A stretch of DNA of 64,000 bases from an uncultured Gammaproteobacteria bacterium (GCA_964511305.1 CAZEEU010000002.1:17608-81607); one strand, 5' to 3'. Shown: positions 36,640 to 46,875, counted from the stretch's first letter. The notes: generated from the sequence alone by a model not told the origin. Made by a program: numbers and translations.

Positions 36640-38199
36640 TTATCCTATCTCTTCCCTCTTATTGTGCAAGAAGAAGAACCACTGATCAAAAAATCCAACC
36701 AACCCCTTATATGGGGCTTCTATTAGAAAGTCTAATATAAATAAGAAGATATTAACTTGAGAAATACCTGCAGTTAAGTATTGACCAACCCTGGCAATCG
36801 GCATGAAGAAGAAATCTACGATTGGAGTGAGTATCCCCTGAGTGCTCTCGACGCTATATTCATGAGCAGTTATATTTATGCGATATGCCAAAAAGCTTAC
36901 GATCGCCAAGAAGAATATAAAAATTGCCTGGCTGACTGCTGAAAATCCGAGAAGCGAAAGACCCAGTGATACTGCGCCAAAACTTAAAAGAAAAGCAACA
37001 ACCCACAAGATACCAAATGTTAATTCCATTACACTTCTCGGTTTTTTTTCAGAAGAAGGAAAAGCCATCACCCTACCAACTTTCGGATCTTCCTCAAAAA
37101 GGAGAGCATGAATTCTGCTTAATATTAATCGTGAATTCTTCTCGCCAGGGGTCCTTATTGAGAACCCTACTACTATCATAAAAAGGGTTGGAATAATAAC
37201 ATTTAAAGCCAATGTTAACCATTGAATGTGCCCTAAAAATATTCTTTCATATGTTCCTTCGATTCCAAAAGCTATGACTGTCTTTGAAAGCAAGATAAAT
37301 ATAACGCTCCTTATAATTGCGCGTCTTACCTTTTCAGAGATTGTCTTATATTTCTTTTTGCACGCGGCATTGATTGCAGTATTTAATTCTTCTTCATTCT
37401 CAGCAAGTTCTTTAATGTTGTTTTGTGTTGCAAAAATATCCTCCATTATCAAAAATGCAGGGATCTGTCTTTTGACATAACCCAGAACTTTAAAACGTGC
37501 AGGATGCGCAAGTTGAGATTCAATTTGTTTGTGTGCATGGCCAAATTGAGCTCCAACCTCCCCAACATCCATCTTAGACATTTCTCCAAAATACTGCGTA
37601 AATAATTTGTATCTTAAAAAGGCAAGATCATCTTTGGAATATGCACGTCTAATAGCAATAAAAAGTTGTATATCGCGCTGTTCTTCTGTTTCTTCTTGGG
37701 CAGATATACTTTTTTGCAGGACGTGGAAAATATAGTTCCCCACAGCCTCTTCAACTTTGTTTGGATGCAACATCTCTTCAATATCGGAGGACATTAACTG
37801 GAACATTAACTCCCTCATCTCTCCCTCTTTAATTTGGTGAGACTTAACAACTTCGGTTTTCAAGTGTATGTAAAAATTTATTACGTTTTCCAAAGATGTA
37901 ATAGTGTCTTCGGTGTACATACTCTCCGGAAAATATCGTGCCCACACCAACTCTTTAAGTAAAGGCTTTGCCGTACTAGCACCATTTCCACCTAAAGCCA
38001 AACGACGTTTTAGAATCCTTTCGATTGAGGCTCTTAGAATGACTTCTTCATCCCGATATTCTATGGAGTTTCTAAATTTTTCGTACCAGGAGGCAAGCTC
38101 CGAAACAAGGGGGTTAATTGCATTTGCACTTTCAATTGGAACTTCTTTTGCCTTCTCAAAAATATGGATAAGGCTCTCTGAGTACTTATTTAACTGCAT
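36640..38199 (-). CDS. large membrane protein with cytoplasmic helical N-domain, hypothetical
   Basis: ~250-aa soluble N-terminal region followed by ~7 TM helices. Start placed at the Met (MQLNKY) whose codon abuts the divergent gene. The ORF could extend to 38349. Confidence 0.45.
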   Translation of the reverse strand: MQLNKYSESLIHIFEKAKEVPIESANAINPLVSELASWYEKFRNSIEYRDEEVILRASIERILKRRLALGGNGASTAKPLLKELVWARYFPESMYTEDTITSLENVINFYIHLKTEVVKSHQIKEGEMRELMFQLMSSDIEEMLHPNKVEEAVGNYIFHVLQKSISAQEETEEQRDIQLFIAIRRAYSKDDLAFLRYKLFTQYFGEMSKMDVGEVGAQFGHAHKQIESQLAHPARFKVLGYVKRQIPAFLIMEDIFATQNNIKELAENEEELNTAINAACKKKYKTISEKVRRAIIRSVIFILLSKTVIAFGIEGTYERIFLGHIQWLTLALNVIIPTLFMIVVGFSIRTPGEKNSRLILSRIHALLFEEDPKVGRVMAFPSSEKKPRSVMELTFGILWVVAFLLSFGAVSLGLSLLGFSAVSQAIFIFFLAIVSFLAYRINITAHEYSVESTQGILTPIVDFFFMPIARVGQYLTAGISQVNIFLFILDFLIEAPYKGLVGFFDQWFFFLHNKREEIG

Positions 38200-39343
38200 G
38201 AAGATAGTATACGACAAAAATAGACAAAAAAATCTCTTAGTGCTACCATATATTCTTGTGACTGATAGCAATAGACAACAACTCCAAGAATTATCCCAAG
38301 AAATAATAGAAATCAAAAAGACTTTACGATTGGGAACTACCTCCCTCACACCTCTTAATTACCAAGAGGAAATGGACAATTTTAATTCATCTGCTTCGTA
38401 TAGTCCCATCTATATATACAAACAACCAGAGCTTCCAGATTTTTCTAAAATGATTGATGAATTTAAGCTAAAGGCAGACAGACTTGACGTCCCCGAGGAC
38501 ATAAAAGAGCACATCTTCCAATTTCTTGAAGATCAAAATAATTTGTATCTAACTAAATCGTCAATAGGTACTGAAGCGTTTTCTGAACATGCCCATCGTC
38601 TTTTTGACTGGGGCACGGACAGACTCGAAATAATTTTGGCAAATACTCCGGCAGTAGAATTTACAATGTACATAGAACATAAATTAGTTGATGCATACGC
38701 AATTAAAGAGAAATTTGTAGAAGCGCTTAGCAAGTATAATTTAACTGATTTTGAGGTTAGAGTAGACGAATTTAGTCCTCATATTGTAAGTGTTGGTTAT
38801 AAATCAGTTAGTATTGGGGCTGCTGTTAAACGATTTGAATGCAATGTGGACAGGCTTATTGTTCATGAAATAGAAAGTCATGCGATCCAAACCCAAAATA
38901 TGAAAAACTCCCCAACTCCACTTTCTGAATTTGTAAAATATGGGAATCAACATCTCTATGGAGAAGGACTTGCTGTATACAATGAGATTACTACAAGAAA
39001 GATTACCCCTTCAGCTTTTGAAATATACTTCAATAGGATTAAAGCAGTTAAGCTCTTAGATAAAAGTTTTCGTGAAATATATGAAAGCCTTTGTGAAGAT
39101 CTAGATCCAAAACGAGCTTTTGTAATGACGTATAGAGTAAAAAGGGGCATGCATGATACGGCACAACCTGGAGGTTTTCCTAAAGACGCATCATATCTTT
39201 TGGGTTACCATGAGGTTGAAAATCTTGTACTTGAGAATTATCCGAAGAAATTATTGTATGCGACTAAATCCCCCATTCTTTCATTACTGCTTCATAAGCA
39301 TGGATTATTAGATTTAGATAATGTCCTAATTCCGAAGTTCTAG
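38198..39343 (+). CDS. DUF1704 'QEGLA-motif' family protein (MATCAP-like putative zinc metallocarboxypeptidase)
   Basis: HExxH motif VHEIESHA followed by YGEGLAVY (the QEGLA signature of DUF1704). Start placed at the internal ATG 38198 (MKIVYDK...). Confidence 0.55.
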   Translation: MKIVYDKNRQKNLLVLPYILVTDSNRQQLQELSQEIIEIKKTLRLGTTSLTPLNYQEEMDNFNSSASYSPIYIYKQPELPDFSKMIDEFKLKADRLDVPEDIKEHIFQFLEDQNNLYLTKSSIGTEAFSEHAHRLFDWGTDRLEIILANTPAVEFTMYIEHKLVDAYAIKEKFVEALSKYNLTDFEVRVDEFSPHIVSVGYKSVSIGAAVKRFECNVDRLIVHEIESHAIQTQNMKNSPTPLSEFVKYGNQHLYGEGLAVYNEITTRKITPSAFEIYFNRIKAVKLLDKSFREIYESLCEDLDPKRAFVMTYRVKRGMHDTAQPGGFPKDASYLLGYHEVENLVLENYPKKLLYATKSPILSLLLHKHGLLDLDNVLIPKF

Positions 39344-39347
39344 TAAA

Positions 39348-40691
39348 TTATGTAATGAGGCCTAAACGTTTTTTTGCTGTATCAATATTGTGTAGATAGA
39401 ATTTTGGATCAAATGCCTCATCAAGCTCCTCTTTAGTCAAATGGTCCGTTATTCCAGAGTTATCAACTGCCAACTCGTAAAGCAATGTTTTCTCTTTCAT
39501 TGCTTTTAAGGCCAACCCTTTAACCAATTCGTATGCTTCAGTCCTAGAATATGCACCTTGGTCCAATAACATATTCAGAAGTCTTCCACTATATATCGCA
39601 CCAAAACTTTTCTCTACGTTTTCGGCCATTTTCTCAGGATCTACTTCAAGATTTCGAATAATATGAGTGGTTAGTTTGGTAGCATATGCTAATAATCCAA
39701 ATGAGTCAGGGAATGAAAATCTTTCAGTTGATGAATGACTTATATCTCTTTCGAGCCAAAGAATCATTGCGTCCAGCTCTTCAGCGGCTGCACTTCTTAT
39801 TCTACGATTAACACCCACAACTCTCTCTGACAACTCGGGATTTCTTTTATGAGGCATTGAACTTGAACCTTGTTGCGAGCCCGCCTCAAACGGCTCTCTA
39901 ACTTCCCCAACTTCACTTATAGATAGGAGTCGAACGTCTGTAGCTATTCGCGCCAATGTTGCAGCATTAATCGCATTTATTCCTAAGACTTCCGCATGCC
40001 TATCGCGACTGATTACTTGGGTTGGCGCTTCGTCCGGCCTTAGTCCTAATTTTTTTAATGCTAACTCCTCAAACTCCGGTTCGATGAATACATTTGTTCC
40101 AATTTCGCCTGACAACTTCCCGACTGATATTACTTGGTCAGCTCGATCAAACCTTTCAACGCCTCTCATTACCTCTGCATACCACCCTAGCATTTGACGC
40201 TCAAATGTTTGAGGCAATGCCTGTTGCGTATGACTTCTACCTATTTGCAATGTATCTTGGTGCTCTCCTGATTTTTCTAATAAAGCTACCCCTAATTCCT
40301 CAAAGCCTGATTTCACCATCCCAATTGACTCTTTCACCTGCAAAGCCAAACTTGTATCCAAAACATCACTTGATGTATTACCCCTATGAAGATGGTTCCC
40401 CACAGCATCTGGCAGCTTTGACTGAACATGCCTCAGCAATTTGTTGGTTTCATGACCACTTGCGGCATTTAATGTAGTTACTTCATCGGGGGTTAATACC
40501 AACGCACCTTTTATTTGCAGTAATTCATCAGCCGTCGGTTCACCGTATAGCTCATGCCTTGCTTCGCTTTGAGCACCCCAGATTCCCATTTGTGCATTGA
40601 AATAACCCGCTGACTCCCAAACCTGCGTCATCTCAGGCACTTCTCCTGCGTATCTTTCTGGTAGTGGCATATTTCGATTATATGTGCTCAT
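39348..40691 (-). CDS. purB: adenylosuccinate lyase
   Basis: Fumarate-lyase family signature GSSSMPHKRNP and PurB-type N-terminus. 447 aa. Confidence 0.85.
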   Translation of the reverse strand: MSTYNRNMPLPERYAGEVPEMTQVWESAGYFNAQMGIWGAQSEARHELYGEPTADELLQIKGALVLTPDEVTTLNAASGHETNKLLRHVQSKLPDAVGNHLHRGNTSSDVLDTSLALQVKESIGMVKSGFEELGVALLEKSGEHQDTLQIGRSHTQQALPQTFERQMLGWYAEVMRGVERFDRADQVISVGKLSGEIGTNVFIEPEFEELALKKLGLRPDEAPTQVISRDRHAEVLGINAINAATLARIATDVRLLSISEVGEVREPFEAGSQQGSSSMPHKRNPELSERVVGVNRRIRSAAAEELDAMILWLERDISHSSTERFSFPDSFGLLAYATKLTTHIIRNLEVDPEKMAENVEKSFGAIYSGRLLNMLLDQGAYSRTEAYELVKGLALKAMKEKTLLYELAVDNSGITDHLTKEELDEAFDPKFYLHNIDTAKKRLGLIT

Positions 40692-40732
40692 TTTATTTTG
40701 TCAATGAGTTCAAAATGATGTACAATTCTCAC

Positions 40733-41476
40733 ATGAATATCACGTCCCTCAGAACTCACAAGATTACATCACAAGACAACGACATTTTAAAAATTATTGA
40801 TCAATACATTCCACAACTGCAGGAAAATTCTATACTCGTTGTCACCAGCAAAATTGTTGCTATATCCGAAGGAAGTGTTGTTGAAAGTAATAAGGTTAGC
40901 AAGGATGAACTTGTTCTGGGACAAGCAGATATGTATCTTCCAAAAGAAGGGAACACTTTTAATTTATTTGTCACTATCAAAGATAATATATTGGCAGTCA
41001 ATGCTGGTATTGATGAATCAAATGCAGATGGAAAGTATGTTTTGTGGCCAACTAACGCACAGCAAAGCGCTGACGCAATAAGCTCTCATCTACACAAAAA
41101 ATTTAATCTTAAAAACGTCGGCGTTCTTATTACCGACAGCAAGACCACTCCACTACGTTATGGAATTACAGGTATTGGAATTGCTTACAGCGGTTTTGTC
41201 GCAATTAATGACTTTAAAGGCAAGCCAGACATCTTTGGAAGAATTTTAAAAATGACAACGGTGAATGTTATGGATGGGATAGCGGCCGCTGCTGCAGTTG
41301 TTATGGGTGAGGCATCAGAACAAACACCTCTTGCTATCGTTACTGACATACCTTTTGTACAGTTTCAGGACCACGCGCCCACAAAGGAGGAATTAGACCT
41401 TTTGGACATCGATCCTGCAACTGATGTCTATGGTGTCATGCTTCAAAGTACTCCTTGGAAAAAAGGCGGCAAATAA
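40733..41476 (+). CDS. CofE-like (F420-0:gamma-glutamyl ligase family) protein
   Basis: SILVVTSKIVAISEG...VGVLITDSKTTPLRYGITGIGIAYSG pattern of the CofE/FbiB-N fold. Start moved to the internal Met (MNITS). Confidence 0.5.
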   Translation: MNITSLRTHKITSQDNDILKIIDQYIPQLQENSILVVTSKIVAISEGSVVESNKVSKDELVLGQADMYLPKEGNTFNLFVTIKDNILAVNAGIDESNADGKYVLWPTNAQQSADAISSHLHKKFNLKNVGVLITDSKTTPLRYGITGIGIAYSGFVAINDFKGKPDIFGRILKMTTVNVMDGIAAAAAVVMGEASEQTPLAIVTDIPFVQFQDHAPTKEELDLLDIDPATDVYGVMLQSTPWKKGGK

Positions 41477-41523
41477 CCGCCAAAGTATTGACAACAAACC
41501 TCATTTTCTTGTAACTTAGAAGT

Positions 41524-43830
41524 ATGTCCGAACCATTAGCACCCGGAGGTGTTGCTGTTGCAGAAGCTCCACAGGCAGTAGTACCCACAACAGAAAACGT
41601 CTTAGATCAAGCTGTTGCTGTAGCTGAGCAAGCTGGCGGAGCAAGTCTAACCGGTTCTGCTGCACCAGCTATAGAAAATCCACCACTTGGAGGAATAAGT
41701 AATGTACTTCCTGGTGGAGATATGAGCTCGACAGAAGACCCCGGCAAGATTGCTGCGCAAAAAGCAGGTGAAGTTGCTGCAACGCAGGCAGCCGCGGGAA
41801 ATGAAAAAAAAGGCGGACTCTTCAGTTCTCTTGCCAAACTAAATCCCTTTAAAACGGAAATTGTTGATAGAGCAACTGCTGACGCTGCGCCTCCTCCAAA
41901 ACCTGCAGAAGTTACTCCTGGCTTAGGATTTGCCCCTGGTGAGCCAAAAATTGCAAAAATTGATGTTCCAGTTGGAGCTAATCAAGAACTAGCAGCGGGG
42001 ACCACTCCACCTGTACTTAGAGTTACAGAAGAAGCTCAAGCTGCAGAAGCAAGTGCAAATAAAGTTCTTGGCGGGAATTCACAGCTTCCAGACGCACCTG
42101 TTGAAACACCACCTGCTACTGGTTCGCTTGATGCTGCTATGGATGAGATCCACAAAACAGCTGAAGAAGCATGGAACAAGCCAGAAACATCTGCAGAACC
42201 TGCTCCCGCTGTAGATAGCGCTGTTGCCTCACCTACAGAGGTTACCGCACCAATAGCCGAAGCATCCGTTGTTCCAACAACTGTTGAAGCACCAAAGACC
42301 GCTGCCCCAGTTGAATCATTACTAGCTGCAGCTGCTCAAGAAACTGATGTCGCTGCTGATGCAGCTGCACATCCTGAAATAGTGGACTATGACAAAAATG
42401 TTGCAGCAACTGCAGGTGAAGCAGAAGATGCCGCAAATGCAGCAAAAAATGAAGCACCAAATCTTGATCCTCTTGCCGTAACAGGAACTGAGGCAAGCGC
42501 GGCGCCAGACGTTCCTGCATATACTCCTCCCCTTGATGGTCTTCCAAGTGCAGAAGTTACAGCCTCAGCCCTGCCAGATGCACAAACATCAACGCCAGAT
42601 CCTCTTGCCGTAACCACAGAGCCAGAACAAGCAATGCCTCAAGCAGTACCAGATGTTCTTTCACAAGCAGCAGACGTTGCTGCAAATGCTGAAGCAACAG
42701 GCGGACCACTCCCATCAGACGGTGCAGTAGCTCCTGCAGTCGAGAGTCCAATTCTTGCTCAAGCAAATGAAGTTGTAGCAAATGCTCAAGCATCAAGTAG
42801 TATTGCAGAGCCAAGCACTATCGGATCACAAGAACCAACAGCTCCTACGGATACTCTTTCACAAGCAGCAGACGTTGCTGCAAATGCTGAAGCAACAGGC
42901 GGACCACTCCCATCAGACGGAGCAGCAGCTCTTACAATTGAAAATCCAGTTCTTGCACAAGCAAATGAAGTTGTTGCAAACGCTGAGGCTGTCGGAGGTG
43001 CACTACCGACTGAGAATTCAGCAGATTCAGGTAATACTCCAATTGAAGCAATTGCTTCCCCACTTCCTAACGCGAATGCTACAAACGAAAATCAATGGAG
43101 TGCCTCCAACTTAACAGGAGTAACATCGGCGGAAACATCAAGCATAGCTGCATCCAGTGAGCAAACCGCAGCAACTCCTGCAACAGCCGTAATTCAGTCA
43201 TTAGAAACTATGCCCAAAGCAAACCCTATTCAAGTTCAGGCACCAGATGGCACAACACTTCCTGCAGCACCTGAAATAACCCCAGCAGAACCAGTTGCAC
43301 CAGCTGTAGTTGAAACAGTCACTACACCTACACCATCTGCAGTACCTGAAACAGTAGATTCTCCAGCCAATGAACAATCCAGCAATTTAACACCGTTCCC
43401 AGCGGCAACTCTACCAACAGAAGCATCTAGTACTTCTCCTGAAATAGCAGCTGATCTAAATACAACTACAACAATTGGAGCTGATGCAAGCGTTGAAGAA
43501 GCACCTTCAGCCTCTGTATTGCCAGATAATATGTCTGCCCTTCCTGGTGTAACTCCAGAAGCACAAACACAAGAACAAATTACCGCGGCACAAAGCGGGA
43601 TAGCACCAACATTAATAAATACAGAAGCTCCTTCAGCCACACTTGGTACCGCAACTCCAGATAATTTACTCGCCTTCCCAGGAGCAACAGCTGAAGCACA
43701 ATCACCTCAGCAAATTGCAACGGCACAAAGCGGAACACCATTAAGTACTGTCGACACCGGGCCTACAGCACCAGCTGAGGATACAAATTCAGGAACAGGA
43801 ACTCCAACTGCACCACCCATCGCCGCATAA
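41524..43830 (+). CDS. 768-aa Ala/Pro/Thr/Glu-rich low-complexity protein with internal repeats
   Basis: No TM or signal peptide. Repeated blocks LSQAADVAANAEATGGPLPSDGA (x2), NPVLAQANEVVANA (x2), DPLAVT (x3). Acidic throughout. Confidence 0.5.
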   Translation: MSEPLAPGGVAVAEAPQAVVPTTENVLDQAVAVAEQAGGASLTGSAAPAIENPPLGGISNVLPGGDMSSTEDPGKIAAQKAGEVAATQAAAGNEKKGGLFSSLAKLNPFKTEIVDRATADAAPPPKPAEVTPGLGFAPGEPKIAKIDVPVGANQELAAGTTPPVLRVTEEAQAAEASANKVLGGNSQLPDAPVETPPATGSLDAAMDEIHKTAEEAWNKPETSAEPAPAVDSAVASPTEVTAPIAEASVVPTTVEAPKTAAPVESLLAAAAQETDVAADAAAHPEIVDYDKNVAATAGEAEDAANAAKNEAPNLDPLAVTGTEASAAPDVPAYTPPLDGLPSAEVTASALPDAQTSTPDPLAVTTEPEQAMPQAVPDVLSQAADVAANAEATGGPLPSDGAVAPAVESPILAQANEVVANAQASSSIAEPSTIGSQEPTAPTDTLSQAADVAANAEATGGPLPSDGAAALTIENPVLAQANEVVANAEAVGGALPTENSADSGNTPIEAIASPLPNANATNENQWSASNLTGVTSAETSSIAASSEQTAATPATAVIQSLETMPKANPIQVQAPDGTTLPAAPEITPAEPVAPAVVETVTTPTPSAVPETVDSPANEQSSNLTPFPAATLPTEASSTSPEIAADLNTTTTIGADASVEEAPSASVLPDNMSALPGVTPEAQTQEQITAAQSGIAPTLINTEAPSATLGTATPDNLLAFPGATAEAQSPQQIATAQSGTPLSTVDTGPTAPAEDTNSGTGTPTAPPIAA

Positions 43831-43847
43831 CCTTATTCAACTGCCCA

Positions 43848-43965
43848 ACGGGTGACACGTCGAAGGGGCTCCATCGAGAAAATTTCACAAGCGAACAATG
43901 TTACTAAATTAGTAGAGTGGGTGAATATTTTCGAAAATGGGGATTTAGACGTGGCAGGACCCGTA
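43848..43965. repeat. ~120-bp TIR-bounded intergenic element, copy 2
   Basis: The first 47 nt are identical to copy 1 (ACGGGTGACACGTCGAAGGGGCTCCATCGAGAAAATTTCACAAGCGA). The last 53 nt differ at 4 positions. The central ~20 nt is divergent. Confidence 0.6.
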
Positions 43966-43969
43966 ACAC

Positions 43970-44587
43970 CTAATACTCGCTTCTTCCTTCAAGTGCTCGA
44001 GTGAGGGTTACTTCGTCAGCATATTCAATATCTGCACCGACTGGAAGTCCTCTACCAATTCTAGTTATTTTAAGCTCGGGACTTTGGAACTTTAATTGCT
44101 TAACCAGATACATTGCCGTCGCTTCCCCTTCCATTGTAGGATTTGTCGCAATAATAATCTCCTCAATCTCCTGACCGCTGTCCGCTGTTTCCCGTAATCT
44201 TTTCATCAATTGCGGGATATAAATATCATCGGGTCCAATTGAATTGAGAGGATCAATTACTCCATGAAGTACATGATACACCCCGTTAAATTTGTCAGAT
44301 TTTTCAAATGCAATTACGTCTAACGCGTCCTCAACCAAACAAATTGTTGAAATATCACGTTGAGGATCAGAACACACGTCACATATATCAGTAGTGCCGA
44401 TATTAAAACAGATCGTACACATCTTTGTATTTTTCTTAAGATTTGTGAGAGAGGCTGCAAAATCATCAAGATCACTTTGTGGTACATGTAATAAATAGAA
44501 GCCAAGGCGCTGCGCCGACTTAGGACCAATACCTGGTAGTCGTTCAAAACCTTCAATAACCTGTTCTAACGCTCTGGGAATTTTCAT
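43970..44587 (-). CDS. recR: recombination protein RecR
   Basis: HhH N-terminus, C4 zinc finger CTICFNIGTTDICDVC, Toprim domain. Confidence 0.9.
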   Translation of the reverse strand: MKIPRALEQVIEGFERLPGIGPKSAQRLGFYLLHVPQSDLDDFAASLTNLKKNTKMCTICFNIGTTDICDVCSDPQRDISTICLVEDALDVIAFEKSDKFNGVYHVLHGVIDPLNSIGPDDIYIPQLMKRLRETADSGQEIEEIIIATNPTMEGEATAMYLVKQLKFQSPELKITRIGRGLPVGADIEYADEVTLTRALEGRSEY

Positions 44588-44607
44588 GGAAAAAAACTAA
44601 ACGCTTC

Positions 44608-45171
44608 TTAGACTGTCATGAGCTCCTGCTCTTTTGCTTTTGATGCTTCGTCAATTTTTGCGATAAATTCATCTGTTATTTTTTGAATCTCTTTTTCCAT
44701 TCTTTTTTCATCATCCTCAGAAATTTCTCCATCTTTTTTTGCTTTTCCAACTTCTTCATTAAATTCCTGCCTCACTTGTCTTATCATAATTTTCCCATTT
44801 TCTGCTTTTTTATGGATAAGTTTTACGAATTCTTCACGTCTTTCTTGAGTCAAGGGAGGAATGCTTACGCGGATGTTTGTGCCATCCACTGCGATACCTA
44901 ACCCCATCTGGCTATCTGATATACCCTTCTCAAGATCGCGAAGCACTGATGAATCAAAAGGAGTTATAACAATAGTCTGGTGATCTTGCACATGAATAGT
45001 AGCAAGTTCCAACACTTTAAGTCTTGCTGTCCCGTTGTAAGCTGAAATTACAATATTTTCGACCAACTGAGGATTTGCTTTACCGGTCTTTACAGTCCCA
45101 AAGTCTTCTCTTAGTACAGAAAAGGCCTTATCCATTTTATTTCTTGTTTGTTGTTGAATCTGTGCATCCAT
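44608..45171 (-). CDS. frr: ribosome recycling factor
   Basis: Full-length RRF pattern (..ENIVISAYNGTARLKVLE...ITPFD...). 187 aa. Confidence 0.9.
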   Translation of the reverse strand: MDAQIQQQTRNKMDKAFSVLREDFGTVKTGKANPQLVENIVISAYNGTARLKVLELATIHVQDHQTIVITPFDSSVLRDLEKGISDSQMGLGIAVDGTNIRVSIPPLTQERREEFVKLIHKKAENGKIMIRQVRQEFNEEVGKAKKDGEISEDDEKRMEKEIQKITDEFIAKIDEASKAKEQELMTV

Positions 45172-45268
45172 ATGACCGTTAGGTTATCAGAATAAGAATC
45201 AAGAAGCAAGAATTAAATATCAAGCATATAAGAACTTTATACATTCTTCTTCATTCTTTATTCTGTAT

Positions 45269-46384
45269 TCAGGGTAAGATACTCTTTCCCTGAACCAATC
45301 TTGAAACGTCTAGCAATGTTATAAGAAGCATGAGCCCCAAAAGAGCAACTAGTCCTACTGCATGAGCGTATCCTTCGTATTTTTGACTTACCTTTCTTCG
45401 AGTAGCAAGTTCAATAAGCATAAAGAAAAATCTTCCTCCATCAAGAGCTGGTATTGGCATGATATTAAGTACAGCAAGATTAAGAGACAATAAAGCAACG
45501 AACCAAAGAACAGCAAACCATCCTGCTCTTACGGCTTCTCCCGTTAGTTGAGCAACTCCTATTGGACCCGCAACACTTTCTGGCCTAACTCCACCATGGA
45601 CAAGATCATTCACCATTCCACCAAGTCCTGACAATATCAACCAAGAGAATTTACCAGCTTCGATTGTTCCATATATAGGAGCTTCGTACCATGTGTATTT
45701 CTTGACAATGATATTTGTGATGCTAACCCCCATTGCACCCTCATTTTTCGGAGGATTAAGTCGAGGTGTGAGGCTAGTGGTAAATTCTTTGCCATCGCGC
45801 CTGACCAAAAGTTGTATCTCGTGTCCTGCGTTTTTCTTTGTCTCAGAGATAAAAACGTCAGTCTTACTAATCGCTTTGTCATTAATTTTTAAAATTCTAT
45901 CTTCAACTTTAAGACCTGCTACTTCCGCTGGAGAATTTTTTGAAATACCTGATACGATAACGTCGCTTGAGGGTAGCGGTACGCCTTGAGTTGAAAAGAG
46001 GAAAGAAATAAGTACGATGGCAAGTAAAAAATTCATGATAACCCCAGCGGTTACAACTGCCATTCTCTGCCAAAGGGGACGCGCATAAAAAGCCCTCTTA
46101 ATATCTGTTTCCTCATTCTTAATACTTGATTCTTGATTCTTAGCTCTAACTGATCCTCCACCTGCATTATCTTCTCCATATAACTTTACAAAGCCTCCGA
46201 TAGGAAGCCAATTAATTGAGTACACCGTCTCGCCAATTTTTTTGCCAAATGCACGAGGTGGAAATCCTACACCAAATTCCTCCACCTTGATCCCAAATTT
46301 CTTGGCAACTAAGTAGTGGCCTAATTCATGAATTAATACAAGGATAGAGAGAATTACAATAAAGGAGATAATTGTCAGAAGCAT
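45269..46384 (-). CDS. rseP: RIP metalloprotease RseP (site-2 protease, M50) with PDZ domain
   Basis: HELGHYLVAKKFG HExxH motif in TM1, PDZ domain, C-terminal LDGG motif. Confidence 0.85.
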   Translation of the reverse strand: MLLTIISFIVILSILVLIHELGHYLVAKKFGIKVEEFGVGFPPRAFGKKIGETVYSINWLPIGGFVKLYGEDNAGGGSVRAKNQESSIKNEETDIKRAFYARPLWQRMAVVTAGVIMNFLLAIVLISFLFSTQGVPLPSSDVIVSGISKNSPAEVAGLKVEDRILKINDKAISKTDVFISETKKNAGHEIQLLVRRDGKEFTTSLTPRLNPPKNEGAMGVSITNIIVKKYTWYEAPIYGTIEAGKFSWLILSGLGGMVNDLVHGGVRPESVAGPIGVAQLTGEAVRAGWFAVLWFVALLSLNLAVLNIMPIPALDGGRFFFMLIELATRRKVSQKYEGYAHAVGLVALLGLMLLITLLDVSRLVQGKSILP

Positions 46385-46422
46385 TTAATTATTATACAGG
46401 ATTACTTACAAAAAACAGGGGC

Positions 46423-46875
46423 TTAATAAATTCTTGTAGTATGAGTATAACTCGTAAAATCGGCGTTGTGTGTTTCAGTTATCTGCCCTACAGAGGCACC
46501 TACGTATTCACTCAGCAATATTAATCTTTGAGGAGTCTCATTCAATGTAAGTTCAAATTGTTCCAGCATTTCAGCTGGAAGCCTGTGCCATTCATCAACT
46601 TCAAGGGTAGCTAATTTGGCTTCCCATCCCGCATCTCTTTTTTGAACACTATGCATGAGAACATAATTGATTGTCCTAATAGAACCAAATTCTATGTTGG
46701 CGACTCTATAAACTTCTGCCGTTTGATCCCCTGCTCCTCTTAATTTATTTGCACTATCCTCCACTATGTGACGAGCTTCACCTAACTGATCTTTGCGTTC
46801 GCCAATGAAATTATCTAGAAGTGTTCTTGATTCTTGAATTTGGGCTGGGGTGGACGAATGGGTTTCGTTAGCCAT
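46423..46875 (-). CDS. hypothetical protein (occupies the slot where pyrH usually sits)
   Basis: 150 aa, no kinase motifs. Start codon overlaps the tsf stop by 1 nt (TAATG). Confidence 0.45.
   Translation of the reverse strand: MANETHSSTPAQIQESRTLLDNFIGERKDQLGEARHIVEDSANKLRGAGDQTAEVYRVANIEFGSIRTINYVLMHSVQKRDAGWEAKLATLEVDEWHRLPAEMLEQFELTLNETPQRLILLSEYVGASVGQITETHNADFTSYTHTTRIY

Noticed and set aside
37904-38197. N-terminal 98 codons of ORF 37904..39343 and the extension 38200..38349 of the minus ORF.
   Set aside because: The extensions would create a 150 to 450-bp divergent gene overlap. DUF1704 homology begins after the internal Met, so shorter starts were preferred. This remains uncertain.
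41607-43640. Antisense and alternate-frame ORFs inside the 41524..43830 low-complexity gene (41607..41837, 42242..42547, 42387..42617, 42557..42814, 42782..43114, 43236..43640).
   Set aside because: They are products of the repetitive GC-richer Ala-codon sequence (Leu/Gln/His-rich translations) and are nested in a single long consistent ORF.
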